In this document: in pieces, positions 53,489 through 61,993 of the stretch
How the letters are laid out: every line of letters starts with the position of its first letter
Numbering within the stretch: position 1 is the stretch's first letter
From: an uncultured Caulobacteraceae bacterium
GTDB lineage: Bacteria; Pseudomonadota; Alphaproteobacteria; Caulobacterales; Aquidulcibacteraceae
Reading direction: 5' to 3'
Length of the DNA stretch: 61,993 nucleotides
Assembly: GCA_964564595.1 (NCBI GenBank)
Contig: CAZMCA010000003.1
Span: forward strand, 1-61,993
Notes under the pieces: generated by a model
What the model was told of the DNA's origin: nothing
Databases searched by the model: none
What the model saw: only the letters and a program-made list of their open reading frames with translations
Translations under genes and position numbers: made by a program

Positions 53489-54957
53489 GCGCCCTTCCGG
53501 ATCGCCTCGAGCTTGCGCAGATTTTCCTCGTGATCCTCGCGCGAGATTTTGTAAGTGCCGATAATGAACACCATGATGAGCCACAGCGTGAGGATCGTCG
53601 GGATGTAATACGCGCCGAGCCGGATGATCGTCTCCGGTGGCACTTCCGATGGATCGGCCCCGGCCGGGAACTGCGCCAGTGCGAGCACCAGCGTCGCCAT
53701 CATGATCCCAAGGCCGTTGACCATTTTGCGGATGAACGTGGCGGCTGCGAAGAACAGCCCCTCCGAGCGGCGGCCTGTTTTGAGCTCAGCTTGCTCCACG
53801 AGATCGGCCATCATCGAGGACGACAGGATCTGGAAGCAGATGATGAGCCCCACATCGATCGTGGTGGCGGCCGCGACGAACCAGAACTGGAACGTTGGGT
53901 CGTCTGGCAGCACACCGGTGATCTTCAGCAGCATCGGCAACGGCGAACCGAGAAACGCGATGAGCCCAATGATGATGGCGCCGCGCTTCTTGCCGATCGT
54001 CTTCGTCACGATCGGCGCCATCAGCGAACCAATGATCGCGGAGATGAAGACGCCCGTGGTGATGACGGCGTTCTGCTCCGAGCTGAAACCCCAAAAATAG
54101 GTCAGGAAGAAGAACGAGAGCGCGGCCGAAAGGCCCGAGGCGACCGCACCAAACATCGCCGAGATGAAGAGCGCTATGAACGAGCGATTCACCAACGTGT
54201 CGAACATTTCCTTGAAGACCAGCCCCAAGGTCATCGTGCGCTTTGGCGGCGGCGGCTTGAGGTGCGCGATGCGCGAATGCGTGCCGAGCGCGGAGACGCC
54301 CATCGCAATCAGAATGCCGATCGATGAGATGATGCCGTAGAGCGCGTAGGCGTCCCGGTTGAACTGGCCGTTCGGGATCGTCGCCGTCACGAACGCAGGA
54401 AAGAGCAGCGCAAACATCGCGACGGACATGGCGTTGCCGCCCGTCCAGCCAAAGTAATAGCGATACGACATCAGTGAGCTGCGCTGGTCGTAATCTTCCG
54501 TCAGCTCCGGCGCGAGCGCTGCGCTCGCGGTTTCGTAAACCGCCACGAAGGCGCGGATTACGATCGCGAGGACGAGCAAGTACCAGAATAACGCCGTCTC
54601 AGACCAATCGGCCGGCGGCGCCCAGAGCAGAAAATATGTCGCCGCGACCGGGATGGTCGCGGCGTACATGAAGGGATGGCGCCTACCCCACTTGGAGCGG
54701 AGATTATCCGACCAATAGCCGAGAATTGGATCGATGATCGCATCCACGACCAGCGCGATCGTGAGCGCGAGACCAACCAACGCGGCGTCAACGCCGATGA
54801 CCTGACTGTAGAACAGCAACAGAAAGTAGCTGAACCCGTTGTCCTTGATGCCGAACGCGACGGAGCCGAAGCCGTAAGCAAGCTTGGTCCACAATGTGGG
54901 CTTGCTCGGGACGGCGGCGGGCGATGCGGCGGCTGGGCCGGCGGCGACGTCGGTCAT
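53485..54957 (-). CDS. MFS transporter, GPH cation symporter family
   Basis: 'LAYGFGSVAFGIKDNGFSYFLLLFYSQV' and 'DPILGYWSDNLRSKWGRRHPFMY'. About 490 aa from the ATG at 54957. The track ORF (to 55626) is an over-extension antisense to the ADH gene. Confidence 0.85.
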   Translation of the reverse strand: MTDVAAGPAAASPAAVPSKPTLWTKLAYGFGSVAFGIKDNGFSYFLLLFYSQVIGVDAALVGLALTIALVVDAIIDPILGYWSDNLRSKWGRRHPFMYAATIPVAATYFLLWAPPADWSETALFWYLLVLAIVIRAFVAVYETASAALAPELTEDYDQRSSLMSYRYYFGWTGGNAMSVAMFALLFPAFVTATIPNGQFNRDAYALYGIISSIGILIAMGVSALGTHSRIAHLKPPPPKRTMTLGLVFKEMFDTLVNRSFIALFISAMFGAVASGLSAALSFFFLTYFWGFSSEQNAVITTGVFISAIIGSLMAPIVTKTIGKKRGAIIIGLIAFLGSPLPMLLKITGVLPDDPTFQFWFVAAATTIDVGLIICFQILSSSMMADLVEQAELKTGRRSEGLFFAAATFIRKMVNGLGIMMATLVLALAQFPAGADPSEVPPETIIRLGAYYIPTILTLWLIMVFIIGTYKISREDHEENLRKLEAIRKGA

Positions 54958-54974
54958 GGCGCGGCGCCTTGATG

Positions 54975-56057
54975 TCAGTTGAACACGATCACCGACCGGG
55001 CGATCTCGCCCCGCTTCATCTCCGCGAACGCGTCGTTCACCTGCTCCAGCTTGATCCGGCGCGACACCATCTCGTCGAGCTTCAGCTTGCCGGCCATGTA
55101 CATGTCGACGAGGCGGGGCATATCGACCGGGAATTGGTTCGAGCCCATCGCCGAGCCCTGGATTTTCTTTTCGCCCAGAAACGCAAAGCCCGGCAGCTCG
55201 ATCGACTGGCCGATCGGGATCATGCCGATGATGTTGGCCGTGCCGCCGCGCTTCAGCATCTGGAACGCCTGCTCGGACGTTTTCTTGAGGCCGACCGCTT
55301 CGAACGCATGATGCACGCCGCCCTTGGTGAGCTCCAGAACTTCTTTCACGGCGTCGGTCTCGCTCGCGCAGATGAAATCCGTCGCGCCGAAATGCTTGGC
55401 CATGTTGTCCTTGGACTTGGACATATCGATCGCGATGACGCGCCCCGCACCCGCAATCGCCGCGCCGTTGATCGCCGCGAGCCCAACGCCGCCGCAGCCG
55501 ATCACCGCCACCGTTTCGCCGGGGCGCACCTTCGAGCCGTGGAAGACCGACCCCACGCCCGTCATCACGCCGCAGCCGATGAGCGCTGCGCGATCGAGCG
55601 GCATGTCTTTGCGGATCGCGACGCAAGCATGCTCGGTGATCAGCATCTGCTCGGCGAACGAGGAAAGGTTGAGGAATTGCGGGAGCGGCTTGCCGCCTTG
55701 CGAGAGGCGCGGCTCTTCATCGGCCTTGCGCTTCGTATCAGGCGATTGGCAGAGGCTGAGGTGCCCCGTGAGGCAGTGCTCGCAATGGCCGCAGAAGGCG
55801 GAGAGGCAGGTGATGACGTGGTCGCCGACCTTCACCGTGCGCACTTCCGAGCCGATCGCTTCGACGACGCCCGCGCTTTCATGGCCAAGCACGGCCGGCA
55901 GCGGGTGCGGATACGAGCCTTCGATGAAGTGGAGGTCGCTGTGGCAGACGCCAGCGGCGGCGGTGCGGATCAGCACCTCATGCGGGCCGGGCTTATTGAT
56001 CTGAACGTCTTCGATCTGGAGGGGCTTGCCCACCTCACGCAACACCGCAGCCTTCAT
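54975..56057 (-). CDS. zinc-dependent alcohol dehydrogenase (MDR superfamily)
   Basis: 'GVCHSDLH', 'GHESAGVVE', structural-zinc Cys cluster 'CGHCEHCLTGHLSLC' and 'VIGCGGVGLAA'. GGAGGAG SD. Confidence 0.9.
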   Translation of the reverse strand: MKAAVLREVGKPLQIEDVQINKPGPHEVLIRTAAAGVCHSDLHFIEGSYPHPLPAVLGHESAGVVEAIGSEVRTVKVGDHVITCLSAFCGHCEHCLTGHLSLCQSPDTKRKADEEPRLSQGGKPLPQFLNLSSFAEQMLITEHACVAIRKDMPLDRAALIGCGVMTGVGSVFHGSKVRPGETVAVIGCGGVGLAAINGAAIAGAGRVIAIDMSKSKDNMAKHFGATDFICASETDAVKEVLELTKGGVHHAFEAVGLKKTSEQAFQMLKRGGTANIIGMIPIGQSIELPGFAFLGEKKIQGSAMGSNQFPVDMPRLVDMYMAGKLKLDEMVSRRIKLEQVNDAFAEMKRGEIARSVIVFN

Positions 56058-56071
56058 CGTTCGCTCCTCCG

Positions 56072-56092
56072 CTATATTGTTGGAGCCACTAT
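56072..56092. promoter_or_regulatory. AT-rich dyad family, site 4 (CTATATTGTTGGAGCCACTAT), upstream of the ADH-MFS pair
   Basis: Matches site 3 at 14 of 21 positions, including TTGTTG and ACTAT. It sits 15 nt upstream of the ADH ATG, just 5' of the SD. Confidence 0.4.
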
Positions 56093-56150
56093 GACCGCCC
56101 GGCGCTTAGGTGAAAAGGGCGCCCCGGGTTGCGGGTAGCGTTAGGGAATG

Positions 56151-57617
56151 TCAGCGCGTACGGCCGGCGGCGGCGATGCGCTCGATGGCGCTTTGGGTGA
56201 GCCGGTCGAACGCCTCAGCGCTGGGCTGCTTCTTCGGCATCCGGTTCCAGGCATCGAGCGCGGCGACTTTGTACGCCTCGGCGAGCGTGGGGTAGTTGAA
56301 GGTATTCTCGATGAAGTAATCGAGCGTGCCGCCAAGATTGAGCACGGCCTGGCCAATATGGATGAGCTCAGTCGCGCCCTCGCCCACGATATGGACGCCC
56401 AGCAGGCGGCGCGTTTCGAGCGAGAAGATCATTTTCATGAAGCCAGAGTCGAGCCCCATGATGTGGCCGCGCGCGGTTTCGCGGAAACGCGCAACGCCCG
56501 TCTCGTACGGGATGCGCTTAGCGCGCACCTGCTCCTCAGTCATGCCGACGGTGGAAAGCTCCGGCACGGCGTAAATGCCGTACGGAAAAAACTCCGGCGG
56601 CGCGTGGGCGGGCTCGTTGAAGGCGAGGCACGCAGCGATGCGGCCCTGCTCCATCGAGGTTGAAGCAAGGCTCGGGAAGCCGATGACATCGCCGACGGCG
56701 TAAATGTGCGGAACGGCGGTGCGGAACGTGCTCCGGTCAACGCCGATGCGACCACGCTCGTCTGCGGCGAGGCCGCACGCTTCGAGGCCGAGGCCGTCCG
56801 TTGCGCCTTTGCGCCCCGCGGCAAACAGCACCATCCCGCTGGTGACGATGCGCCCGTCTTCCAGATCAACCTGCACCGCGCCGGGCGCGATGAGCCGGAC
56901 GCGCTTTGCGACGGACTGAAACCGCAGCGTGACGCCGCGATCGCGCATATCGTGGATGAACTCGTCGATCAGCTCCCGGTCGAGAAAGCTGAGGAGCGAG
57001 TCGCTCGGCTCGATCACCGTCACCTTCACATCGAGCGCGCTCATGATGGTCGCGTATTCGATGCCGATGACGCTAGCGCCGATCACCGTCAGCGAACGGG
57101 GCAGCTGCTGAAGGTCGAGAATTTCGTCGGCGTCGACGATGTATTCGCCGTCGAATGGGATCGCCTGCGGGCGGTGCGGGTTGGTGCCGACCGCGAGGAT
57201 GAAGTGGTCCGCGCTCGCGCGGCGGACGCCATCGGCAGCGTCGATCTCGATCGTGTGCGCATCGAGGAAGCGCGCCGCGCCCGTGACCCAGGCGACATTG
57301 TTGCGGGTGAACTGATGCTCCAGCACCTCGACCTCATGATCGAGCGTGATGGCGAGGCGCTGGCGAAGGTCGCCGGCCGTGATCTCGGCTTTGGTCCGGT
57401 GCGCGCGCCCATAGATGCCCCGCTCGCGCCAGCCGGAGAGGTTCATCACCGTCTCCCGCAGCGTCTTGGACGGGATCGTTCCGGTGTGCACGCAAACGCC
57501 GCCGACACGCCGGCCCTTCTCGACCACGAGCACGGACTTGCGGAGCTTGGCGGCCTGGACCGCGGCCCGCCGGCCCGCCGGCCCCGAGCCGATGACGATG
57601 AGATCGTAGTGCTGCAC
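56151..57617 (-). CDS. sthA: soluble pyridine nucleotide transhydrogenase (Si-specific NAD(P)+ transhydrogenase)
   Basis: 'YDLIVIGSGPAG', 'GGVCVHTGTIPSK' (single Cys, SthA-like), 'AVGDVIGFPSLASTSMEQGRIAA' and 'TFNYPTLAEAYKVAAL' parallel E. coli SthA. Confidence 0.8.
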   Translation of the reverse strand: MQHYDLIVIGSGPAGRRAAVQAAKLRKSVLVVEKGRRVGGVCVHTGTIPSKTLRETVMNLSGWRERGIYGRAHRTKAEITAGDLRQRLAITLDHEVEVLEHQFTRNNVAWVTGAARFLDAHTIEIDAADGVRRASADHFILAVGTNPHRPQAIPFDGEYIVDADEILDLQQLPRSLTVIGASVIGIEYATIMSALDVKVTVIEPSDSLLSFLDRELIDEFIHDMRDRGVTLRFQSVAKRVRLIAPGAVQVDLEDGRIVTSGMVLFAAGRKGATDGLGLEACGLAADERGRIGVDRSTFRTAVPHIYAVGDVIGFPSLASTSMEQGRIAACLAFNEPAHAPPEFFPYGIYAVPELSTVGMTEEQVRAKRIPYETGVARFRETARGHIMGLDSGFMKMIFSLETRRLLGVHIVGEGATELIHIGQAVLNLGGTLDYFIENTFNYPTLAEAYKVAALDAWNRMPKKQPSAEAFDRLTQSAIERIAAAGRTR

Positions 57618-57662
57618 GCCGCGAGGCGTGGACTGCGCCGCTCGCCAAGACGTTAACGCCCG

Positions 57663-59588
57663 TTACGCGGCGACTTTCGCGCCTGCCTTGTGCAGCGTGA
57701 AGTCCTTTGGATCGGGCGCCAGCGTGGCGCGCCAATAGTCGACCAGCGCGAACGGCCAGTTCTGCGTCACGCGGCCCGTCTCGTTCTTGTACCAGCTCGT
57801 CACCTGCGGCGCGCCCCAGGCCATCTTCGCGTTCTCGGCATCGACGCGCACGTTGAATGCGTCGTGGACGTCTTGGCGGACCTCCATCGAGCCTGCGCCC
57901 GTTTCCGCGAGCAGCTTCAAGCTGTTCACGATGTAGCGGACCGAGCACTCAGAGAAGAAGATGATCGAGCCGTTGACGACGATGTTCGTGTTCGGGCCGT
58001 AGATCATGAAGAGGTTCGGGAAGCCAGGCGTCGTCATGCCAAGATAGGCGCGCGGCTCGCCCCCCCAGGTCTCGTGCAGATCGCGCCCGCCCCGGCCCTT
58101 GATCTTCATCGGCATCAGGAATTTCGAGGCATGGAAGCCCGTGCCATAGATCAGCACGTCGAACTCGTGCTGCGTTCCGTCTTCGGTCTTGATACCCGTC
58201 TCATTGATCTCAGCGATCTTCGACGTGGTGAGTTCGACGTTCGGGCGCTTCAGCGCTTCGAGCCACACGCCGTTGTCCAAGAGGCCGCGTTTGCCGCCGA
58301 GCGGATAGGTCGGAATGATTTTTTCCGCGAGCGCGGGATCATCGGCCGCTTGCGCCAGCGCGCCCGCGATCATCTCGCGGAACATCTGATTCACTTGGCC
58401 CACCGCCGTTGATGGGCCGTTCCAGCCTTCATCGGCGCGCACGGCTTGCAACAGCCCGTCCGTCGACATCCAGAACAGGAAGAACCTGTACCACTTGTCG
58501 TACATAGGCGCGTGTTCGAGCAACCACTTCATCCCGTCCGGCACGGTCTCGTGGTAGTGCGGCACGGGGAACGCCCACGGCGGCGTGCGTTGAAACACGG
58601 TGAGCGATTTCACCTTGCCGGCAATCTCCGGCACGAACTGATACGCGCTCGCGCCCGTCCCGATCACGCCGACGCGCTTGCCCGTGAGGTCCACATCATG
58701 GCGCCACTCGGCGGAGTGAAACGCTGGGCCTTTGAAGCTCTCGCGGCCCTTGATGTCCGGCATGCGCGGGCGATTGAGCTGCCCAACCGCGGTGACGACG
58801 GCGTTCGCTTCAATGACCTCTTCGGCGCCGGACTTGTTGTCGCGCACGCGCACGCGCCATAGATCGCGCGCTTCATCGAACGCCATATCGAGCACAGTCG
58901 TCTGGAAGCGGATGTTCTTCTTCAGATCGTACTTCTTCGCGATGCCCTGGAAATATTCGAGCAGCACGGGCTGCGGTGAGAAATGGAACGGCCAGCCGTG
59001 GTTCTGCTCGAACGAGTAAGAATACATGTGGTTCGAGTTATCGACACGGCAGCCCGGATACGTGTTCTTCAGCCACGTGCCGCCGACATCGGCGTTCTCT
59101 TCAATCACGACATGCGAAACGCCCGCCTGGTTGAGCCGGATCGACGTCAGCATGCCGGACATCCCGGCGCCAACGACGAGCACTTTTAGCTTGCTCGCAG
59201 CGCCTTTCAGGGCCGGCGTCTCCCATTTCGGATTCTTCGAGCTTTCGCCGTCGATCGCGAGTTCGTCTTGCAAGAACGGCAAATACTCTGCCGGCACTTC
59301 GGCGCCCGCGATGAAATTGATCATCTTTCGCGTCGCTTCCGGCGAGAGCGGCGGCGCGGGCGGGAGCGTGCCCGCAAGCTTGGCGCTCAGCACTTCTTTC
59401 GCTTTCGCCCGGATCGCGTCCTCCGCGCCGGGCGGAAAGATCGGCTCGCCGCGCGGGAACGCGTTGTAGGACGGCTGCCATTCCGGCTTCAGCAACGACG
59501 CGTCGCCCGTCATGTGCACGAGCGAGAGCACGAGCGCAGGCAGATGCGCGTCTTGCAGGATGCGATCGAGATCGGGCGTGGCGGACAT
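57663..59588 (-). CDS. Baeyer-Villiger-type flavin monooxygenase with an N-terminal extension of ~130 aa
   Basis: 'VLVVGAGMSGM' FAD motif, BVMO fingerprint 'FKGPAFHSAEWRHD' (FxGxxxHxxxW) and a second dinucleotide motif 'VIGTGASA'. Confidence 0.85.
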   Translation of the reverse strand: MSATPDLDRILQDAHLPALVLSLVHMTGDASLLKPEWQPSYNAFPRGEPIFPPGAEDAIRAKAKEVLSAKLAGTLPPAPPLSPEATRKMINFIAGAEVPAEYLPFLQDELAIDGESSKNPKWETPALKGAASKLKVLVVGAGMSGMLTSIRLNQAGVSHVVIEENADVGGTWLKNTYPGCRVDNSNHMYSYSFEQNHGWPFHFSPQPVLLEYFQGIAKKYDLKKNIRFQTTVLDMAFDEARDLWRVRVRDNKSGAEEVIEANAVVTAVGQLNRPRMPDIKGRESFKGPAFHSAEWRHDVDLTGKRVGVIGTGASAYQFVPEIAGKVKSLTVFQRTPPWAFPVPHYHETVPDGMKWLLEHAPMYDKWYRFFLFWMSTDGLLQAVRADEGWNGPSTAVGQVNQMFREMIAGALAQAADDPALAEKIIPTYPLGGKRGLLDNGVWLEALKRPNVELTTSKIAEINETGIKTEDGTQHEFDVLIYGTGFHASKFLMPMKIKGRGGRDLHETWGGEPRAYLGMTTPGFPNLFMIYGPNTNIVVNGSIIFFSECSVRYIVNSLKLLAETGAGSMEVRQDVHDAFNVRVDAENAKMAWGAPQVTSWYKNETGRVTQNWPFALVDYWRATLAPDPKDFTLHKAGAKVAA

Positions 59589-59602
59589 GCGTTTCCTCTT
59601 GT

Positions 59603-60790
59603 TCAGCGCGGATCGGGCAGCGCGAGCACGCGCTTAGCGACCACGTTCAAATTCACTTCCGAGCTGCCGCCCTCGATCGAATTGCCTTTCGACCGGAGCC
59701 AAGCGCGCACGGTGCCGAGTTCGACAGGATCGAAGCCCTCGCCTTCCCAGCCAAGGCCGCGCGAGCCCATCGCTTCGATCATCAGCTCTTGGCGTTCCTG
59801 CGCGAGCTTCGCGCCGGCGTATTTCATGATCGACGTCGCCGCGCTCGGCCCATCGCCCTGCTTTGCTTCGGCGGCAGCCCGCTGGCCGGTCAGCGTAAAT
59901 GCGCGCGCTTCCATCATGTGCGACGTGAGTTTCAGCCGGTAATCCGCATCGCTCAGCTTGCCGCTTTCGACGCCGACATACTTTTTCGCGACTTCATCGA
60001 CGCTCGCTTGCCGTGCTGCTGATCCAAGCGCGCCGCCGCCGCCAAGGCTGGCTGAAATGTTCTGCCGCTCGAACTGCAGCAGCCGCTTGGCGATCGTCCA
60101 GCCCGCGTTGAGTTGGCCAACGAGGTTTTCCTTCGGGACTTTCACATCGGTAAAGAACGTCTCGCAGAACGGCGACGTGCCGTTGATCAACAAGATCGGC
60201 CGCGCCTCGACACTCGGCGTGCGCATGTCGATCAGGATGAAGCTGATGCCTTCGTGCTTCTTCGATGTGTCGGTGCGCACGAGGCAGAAGCACCAATCCG
60301 CCAGGTTCGCGCCGGACGTCCAGATCTTCTGCCCGTTGATGAGGTAGTGATCGCCCTTGTCTTCGCACCGTGTTTGCAGCGAAGCGAGATCACTGCCGGC
60401 GCCGGGCTCGGAGTAACCCTGGCACCAGCGAATTTCACCGGTGACGATCTTCGGAATGTGGCGTTGCTTCTGTTCTTCCGTGCCGTACTCGAGCAGCGTC
60501 GGCCCGAACATCATCACGCCCATGCCGCCGATCGGATTCCAAGCGCCCGCCTTGCCCATCTCCTCGAACACGATGCGCGCTTCGGCGTTGGAGAGCCCGC
60601 CGCCGCCATATTGCTCCGGCCACGTCGGCGTGCCCCAGCCCTTGGCCCCGATCGCACTTTTCCATTTGACGAAGTCGGGATCCTTTTGATCGCCGCCGCC
60701 CTGCATGAACTTGAGGCCCTGGCCCTTGAGCGAAGGCGCGAAGTTCTCCGCGATAAAGGCGCGCGCTTCGGCGCGAAGCTGCTCGCTCAT
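59603..60790 (-). CDS. acyl-CoA dehydrogenase family protein
   Basis: 'WCQGYSEPGAGSDLASLQTRCEDKGDHYLINGQKIWTSGA' is typical of ACADs. About 395 aa from the ATG that overlaps the maoC stop. Confidence 0.9.
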   Translation of the reverse strand: MSEQLRAEARAFIAENFAPSLKGQGLKFMQGGGDQKDPDFVKWKSAIGAKGWGTPTWPEQYGGGGLSNAEARIVFEEMGKAGAWNPIGGMGVMMFGPTLLEYGTEEQKQRHIPKIVTGEIRWCQGYSEPGAGSDLASLQTRCEDKGDHYLINGQKIWTSGANLADWCFCLVRTDTSKKHEGISFILIDMRTPSVEARPILLINGTSPFCETFFTDVKVPKENLVGQLNAGWTIAKRLLQFERQNISASLGGGGALGSAARQASVDEVAKKYVGVESGKLSDADYRLKLTSHMMEARAFTLTGQRAAAEAKQGDGPSAATSIMKYAGAKLAQERQELMIEAMGSRGLGWEGEGFDPVELGTVRAWLRSKGNSIEGGSSEVNLNVVAKRVLALPDPR

Positions 60791-61632
60791 GCCAGCACGC
60801 TGAAGCCGTTCTTGATGACCGTGACGTTGCGGCTCTTCACGCGCGCCTCGAACGAGACCTCGTTGCCATCCTTCCAAAGATCGACCGTGATCGTCTCGCC
60901 GGGAAACACGGGGCTGGAGAAGCGCGCCGCGTGCCGCTTGATCGCGGCGGGGTCGTAGTCGGCGTAGGTCTGCAGCACGGCGCGGCAGGACACGCCATAA
61001 GTGCACATGCCGTGCAGGATCGGGCGCGGGAAGCCAGCCGCCGTCGCAAATTCCGGATCGGAGTGCAGCGGGTTGCGATCGCCTGACAAACGATAGAGCA
61101 GCGCTTGGCCCGGCCGCGTCGCGATATCGACCGATTGGTCCGGCGCACGCGTCGGCGTCTTGTGCGGTTCGGGCTGGCCATCGCTCGGCCCGCCGAACCC
61201 GCCATCGCCGCGCGCAAAGATCGACGACACCAGCGTCGCGAGCTTCTCGCCTTTGCCGTCCTTCAGCACGGTTTCGTTCTGGATGACCGCGCCTTTCCCT
61301 TGGCCTTTGTCGTAGACGCCGAGCACGCGGCTATCGGCGGTGATTTCCGCGCTCGTCGGCATCGGCTTGTGGAACGTGATGTCCCGCTCGCCATCGACGA
61401 CCATCACGAAATTGATGTTCATCATCCCCGGCCCCGCGCCCCACGCGACGACGGACGCGAGTGTCGGCACAGCCTTGAGATCGCGCTCATACACGTAGCG
61501 CAGCTCTTTCAGGTCCATCGGATCATCGCCCATGCCGATGCCGAGCGCGTAGAGCATCGTGTCCTTCTCGGTGTACGAGAATTTCTGGCCCTTGTTTTCC
61601 ATCTTCAGGATGGCGGGGTACTCGATCGGCAT
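60787..61632 (-). CDS. MaoC-family double hot-dog (R)-specific enoyl-CoA hydratase/dehydratase
   Basis: C-terminal 'YRLSGDRNPLHSDPEFATAAGFPRPILHGMCTYG' MaoC dehydratase motif. The N-terminal half is hot-dog-like. 281 aa. Confidence 0.85.
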   Translation of the reverse strand: MPIEYPAILKMENKGQKFSYTEKDTMLYALGIGMGDDPMDLKELRYVYERDLKAVPTLASVVAWGAGPGMMNINFVMVVDGERDITFHKPMPTSAEITADSRVLGVYDKGQGKGAVIQNETVLKDGKGEKLATLVSSIFARGDGGFGGPSDGQPEPHKTPTRAPDQSVDIATRPGQALLYRLSGDRNPLHSDPEFATAAGFPRPILHGMCTYGVSCRAVLQTYADYDPAAIKRHAARFSSPVFPGETITVDLWKDGNEVSFEARVKSRNVTVIKNGFSVLA

Positions 61633-61726
61633 GGCGCTCCCTCTTGGCGTTCGCTTGGCTTGGCGTTGGCGCGATTGTTTCGCGCCTTCACGCGCGCGTC
61701 AAACGTGCCGGACCGTCAAGCGCGCC

Positions 61727-61993
61727 TAGGCGCTCTCGGCCTCGCTCACCGGCGGGCCACGCCAGAGCAAGGCCGGCTGGCCGCGCACGTAGATCAGGTG
61801 AAACTTCGGCTCGAGCGCCGTCAGCCCGCGCAACATGGCCGTGAGGCTGTGGAAGCCGAAATACGCGTCCGGCCCTGAGCGCGCGAAACCATCCATGTGA
61901 CGTAGCAGCGACAGCGCTACCCGCGTGGGCAGCGGCTCGCCCGGGTTGAGCGCCGCCGCGCGCGCCAGGCGGCGCGCGGCTTCCTCACGGCTC
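61727..61993 (-). CDS. C-terminal fragment of an unidentified protein (the gene continues beyond the window)
   Basis: The minus-strand frame is open from the window edge to a TAG at 61727-61729 ('...LNPGEPLPTRVALSLLRHMDGFARSGPDAYFGFHS...VSEAESA'). It is missing from the ORF track because no start codon lies inside the window. Confidence 0.4.

Noticed and set aside
61643-61670. TGGC-containing repeats considered as a sigma-54 (-24/-12) promoter
   Set aside because: The GG/GC spacing does not fit TGGCAC-N5-TTGC. The motif also lies on the strand opposite to the downstream gene.
1-61993. Searched by eye for mobile elements, integrases, CRISPR repeats, toxin-antitoxin pairs and classical defence genes
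   Set aside because: I found no transposase, integrase or recombinase-like ORF, no regularly spaced repeats, and no restriction, Cas, Abi or nuclease-NTPase-type architectures. The window looks like core or metabolic chromosome, except for the small low-GC ORFan at 3099-3488.

Overview
High-GC chromosomal segment that is very gene-dense. Sampled lines run about 70% G+C. I infer it is alphaproteobacterial because a GTTC-N7-GTTC SOS box sits in front of an imuA-imuB-dnaE2 cassette. I support 46 protein-coding genes. I found no rRNA or tRNA genes, no CRISPR array, and no transposase or integrase.

Content from left to right:
- The end of a ligase-associated DNA-damage cluster (MBL exonuclease plus ATP-dependent ligase), then a crotonase.
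- A low-GC ORFan, then a Mur-ligase paralogue, an LD-carboxypeptidase and an M20 peptidase.
- A fused circularly permuted ATP-grasp/alpha-E protein coupled to a transglutaminase.
- A CoA-transferase, a TonB-dependent receptor and a GPH-type MFS transporter.
- A Pseudomonas-type (class II) medium-chain PHA locus: PhaF/I-like phasin, PhaD-like TetR, PhaC and PhaZ, with a MATE pump attached.
- A FadB-like bifunctional enzyme, then LacI plus a TonB-dependent receptor.
- A divergent PrpD-family/CapA-family pair.
- The SOS mutagenesis cassette imuA-imuB-dnaE2.
- A three-gene operon: GT4 glycosyltransferase fused to a large helical domain, an N-terminally extended GH130, and MgtC.
- A third TonB-dependent receptor, a class III aminotransferase and a TTC38-like TPR protein.
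- An eight-gene M20/oligopeptide-type ABC/ALDH/SDR operon.
- A secreted erythromycin-esterase/Tiki-like protein, then an MFS-ADH pair.
- A sthA / Baeyer-Villiger monooxygenase / acyl-CoA dehydrogenase / MaoC string.

No canonical defence or mobile system is visible. The most interesting items are:
1. The GT4-fusion/GH130/MgtC operon.
2. The ATP-grasp/alpha-E/transglutaminase pair, which has not been characterised experimentally.
3. The class II PHA locus in an alpha-type genome.
4. A recurring 21-bp AT-rich dyad in four promoter regions.
5. A low-GC ORFan.
6. Extreme compaction: 6 of 7 convergent gene junctions share overlapping stop codons, and many same-strand junctions are ATGA/GTGA overlaps.

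All functional calls rest on motif and family recognition by eye. I ran no database searches.
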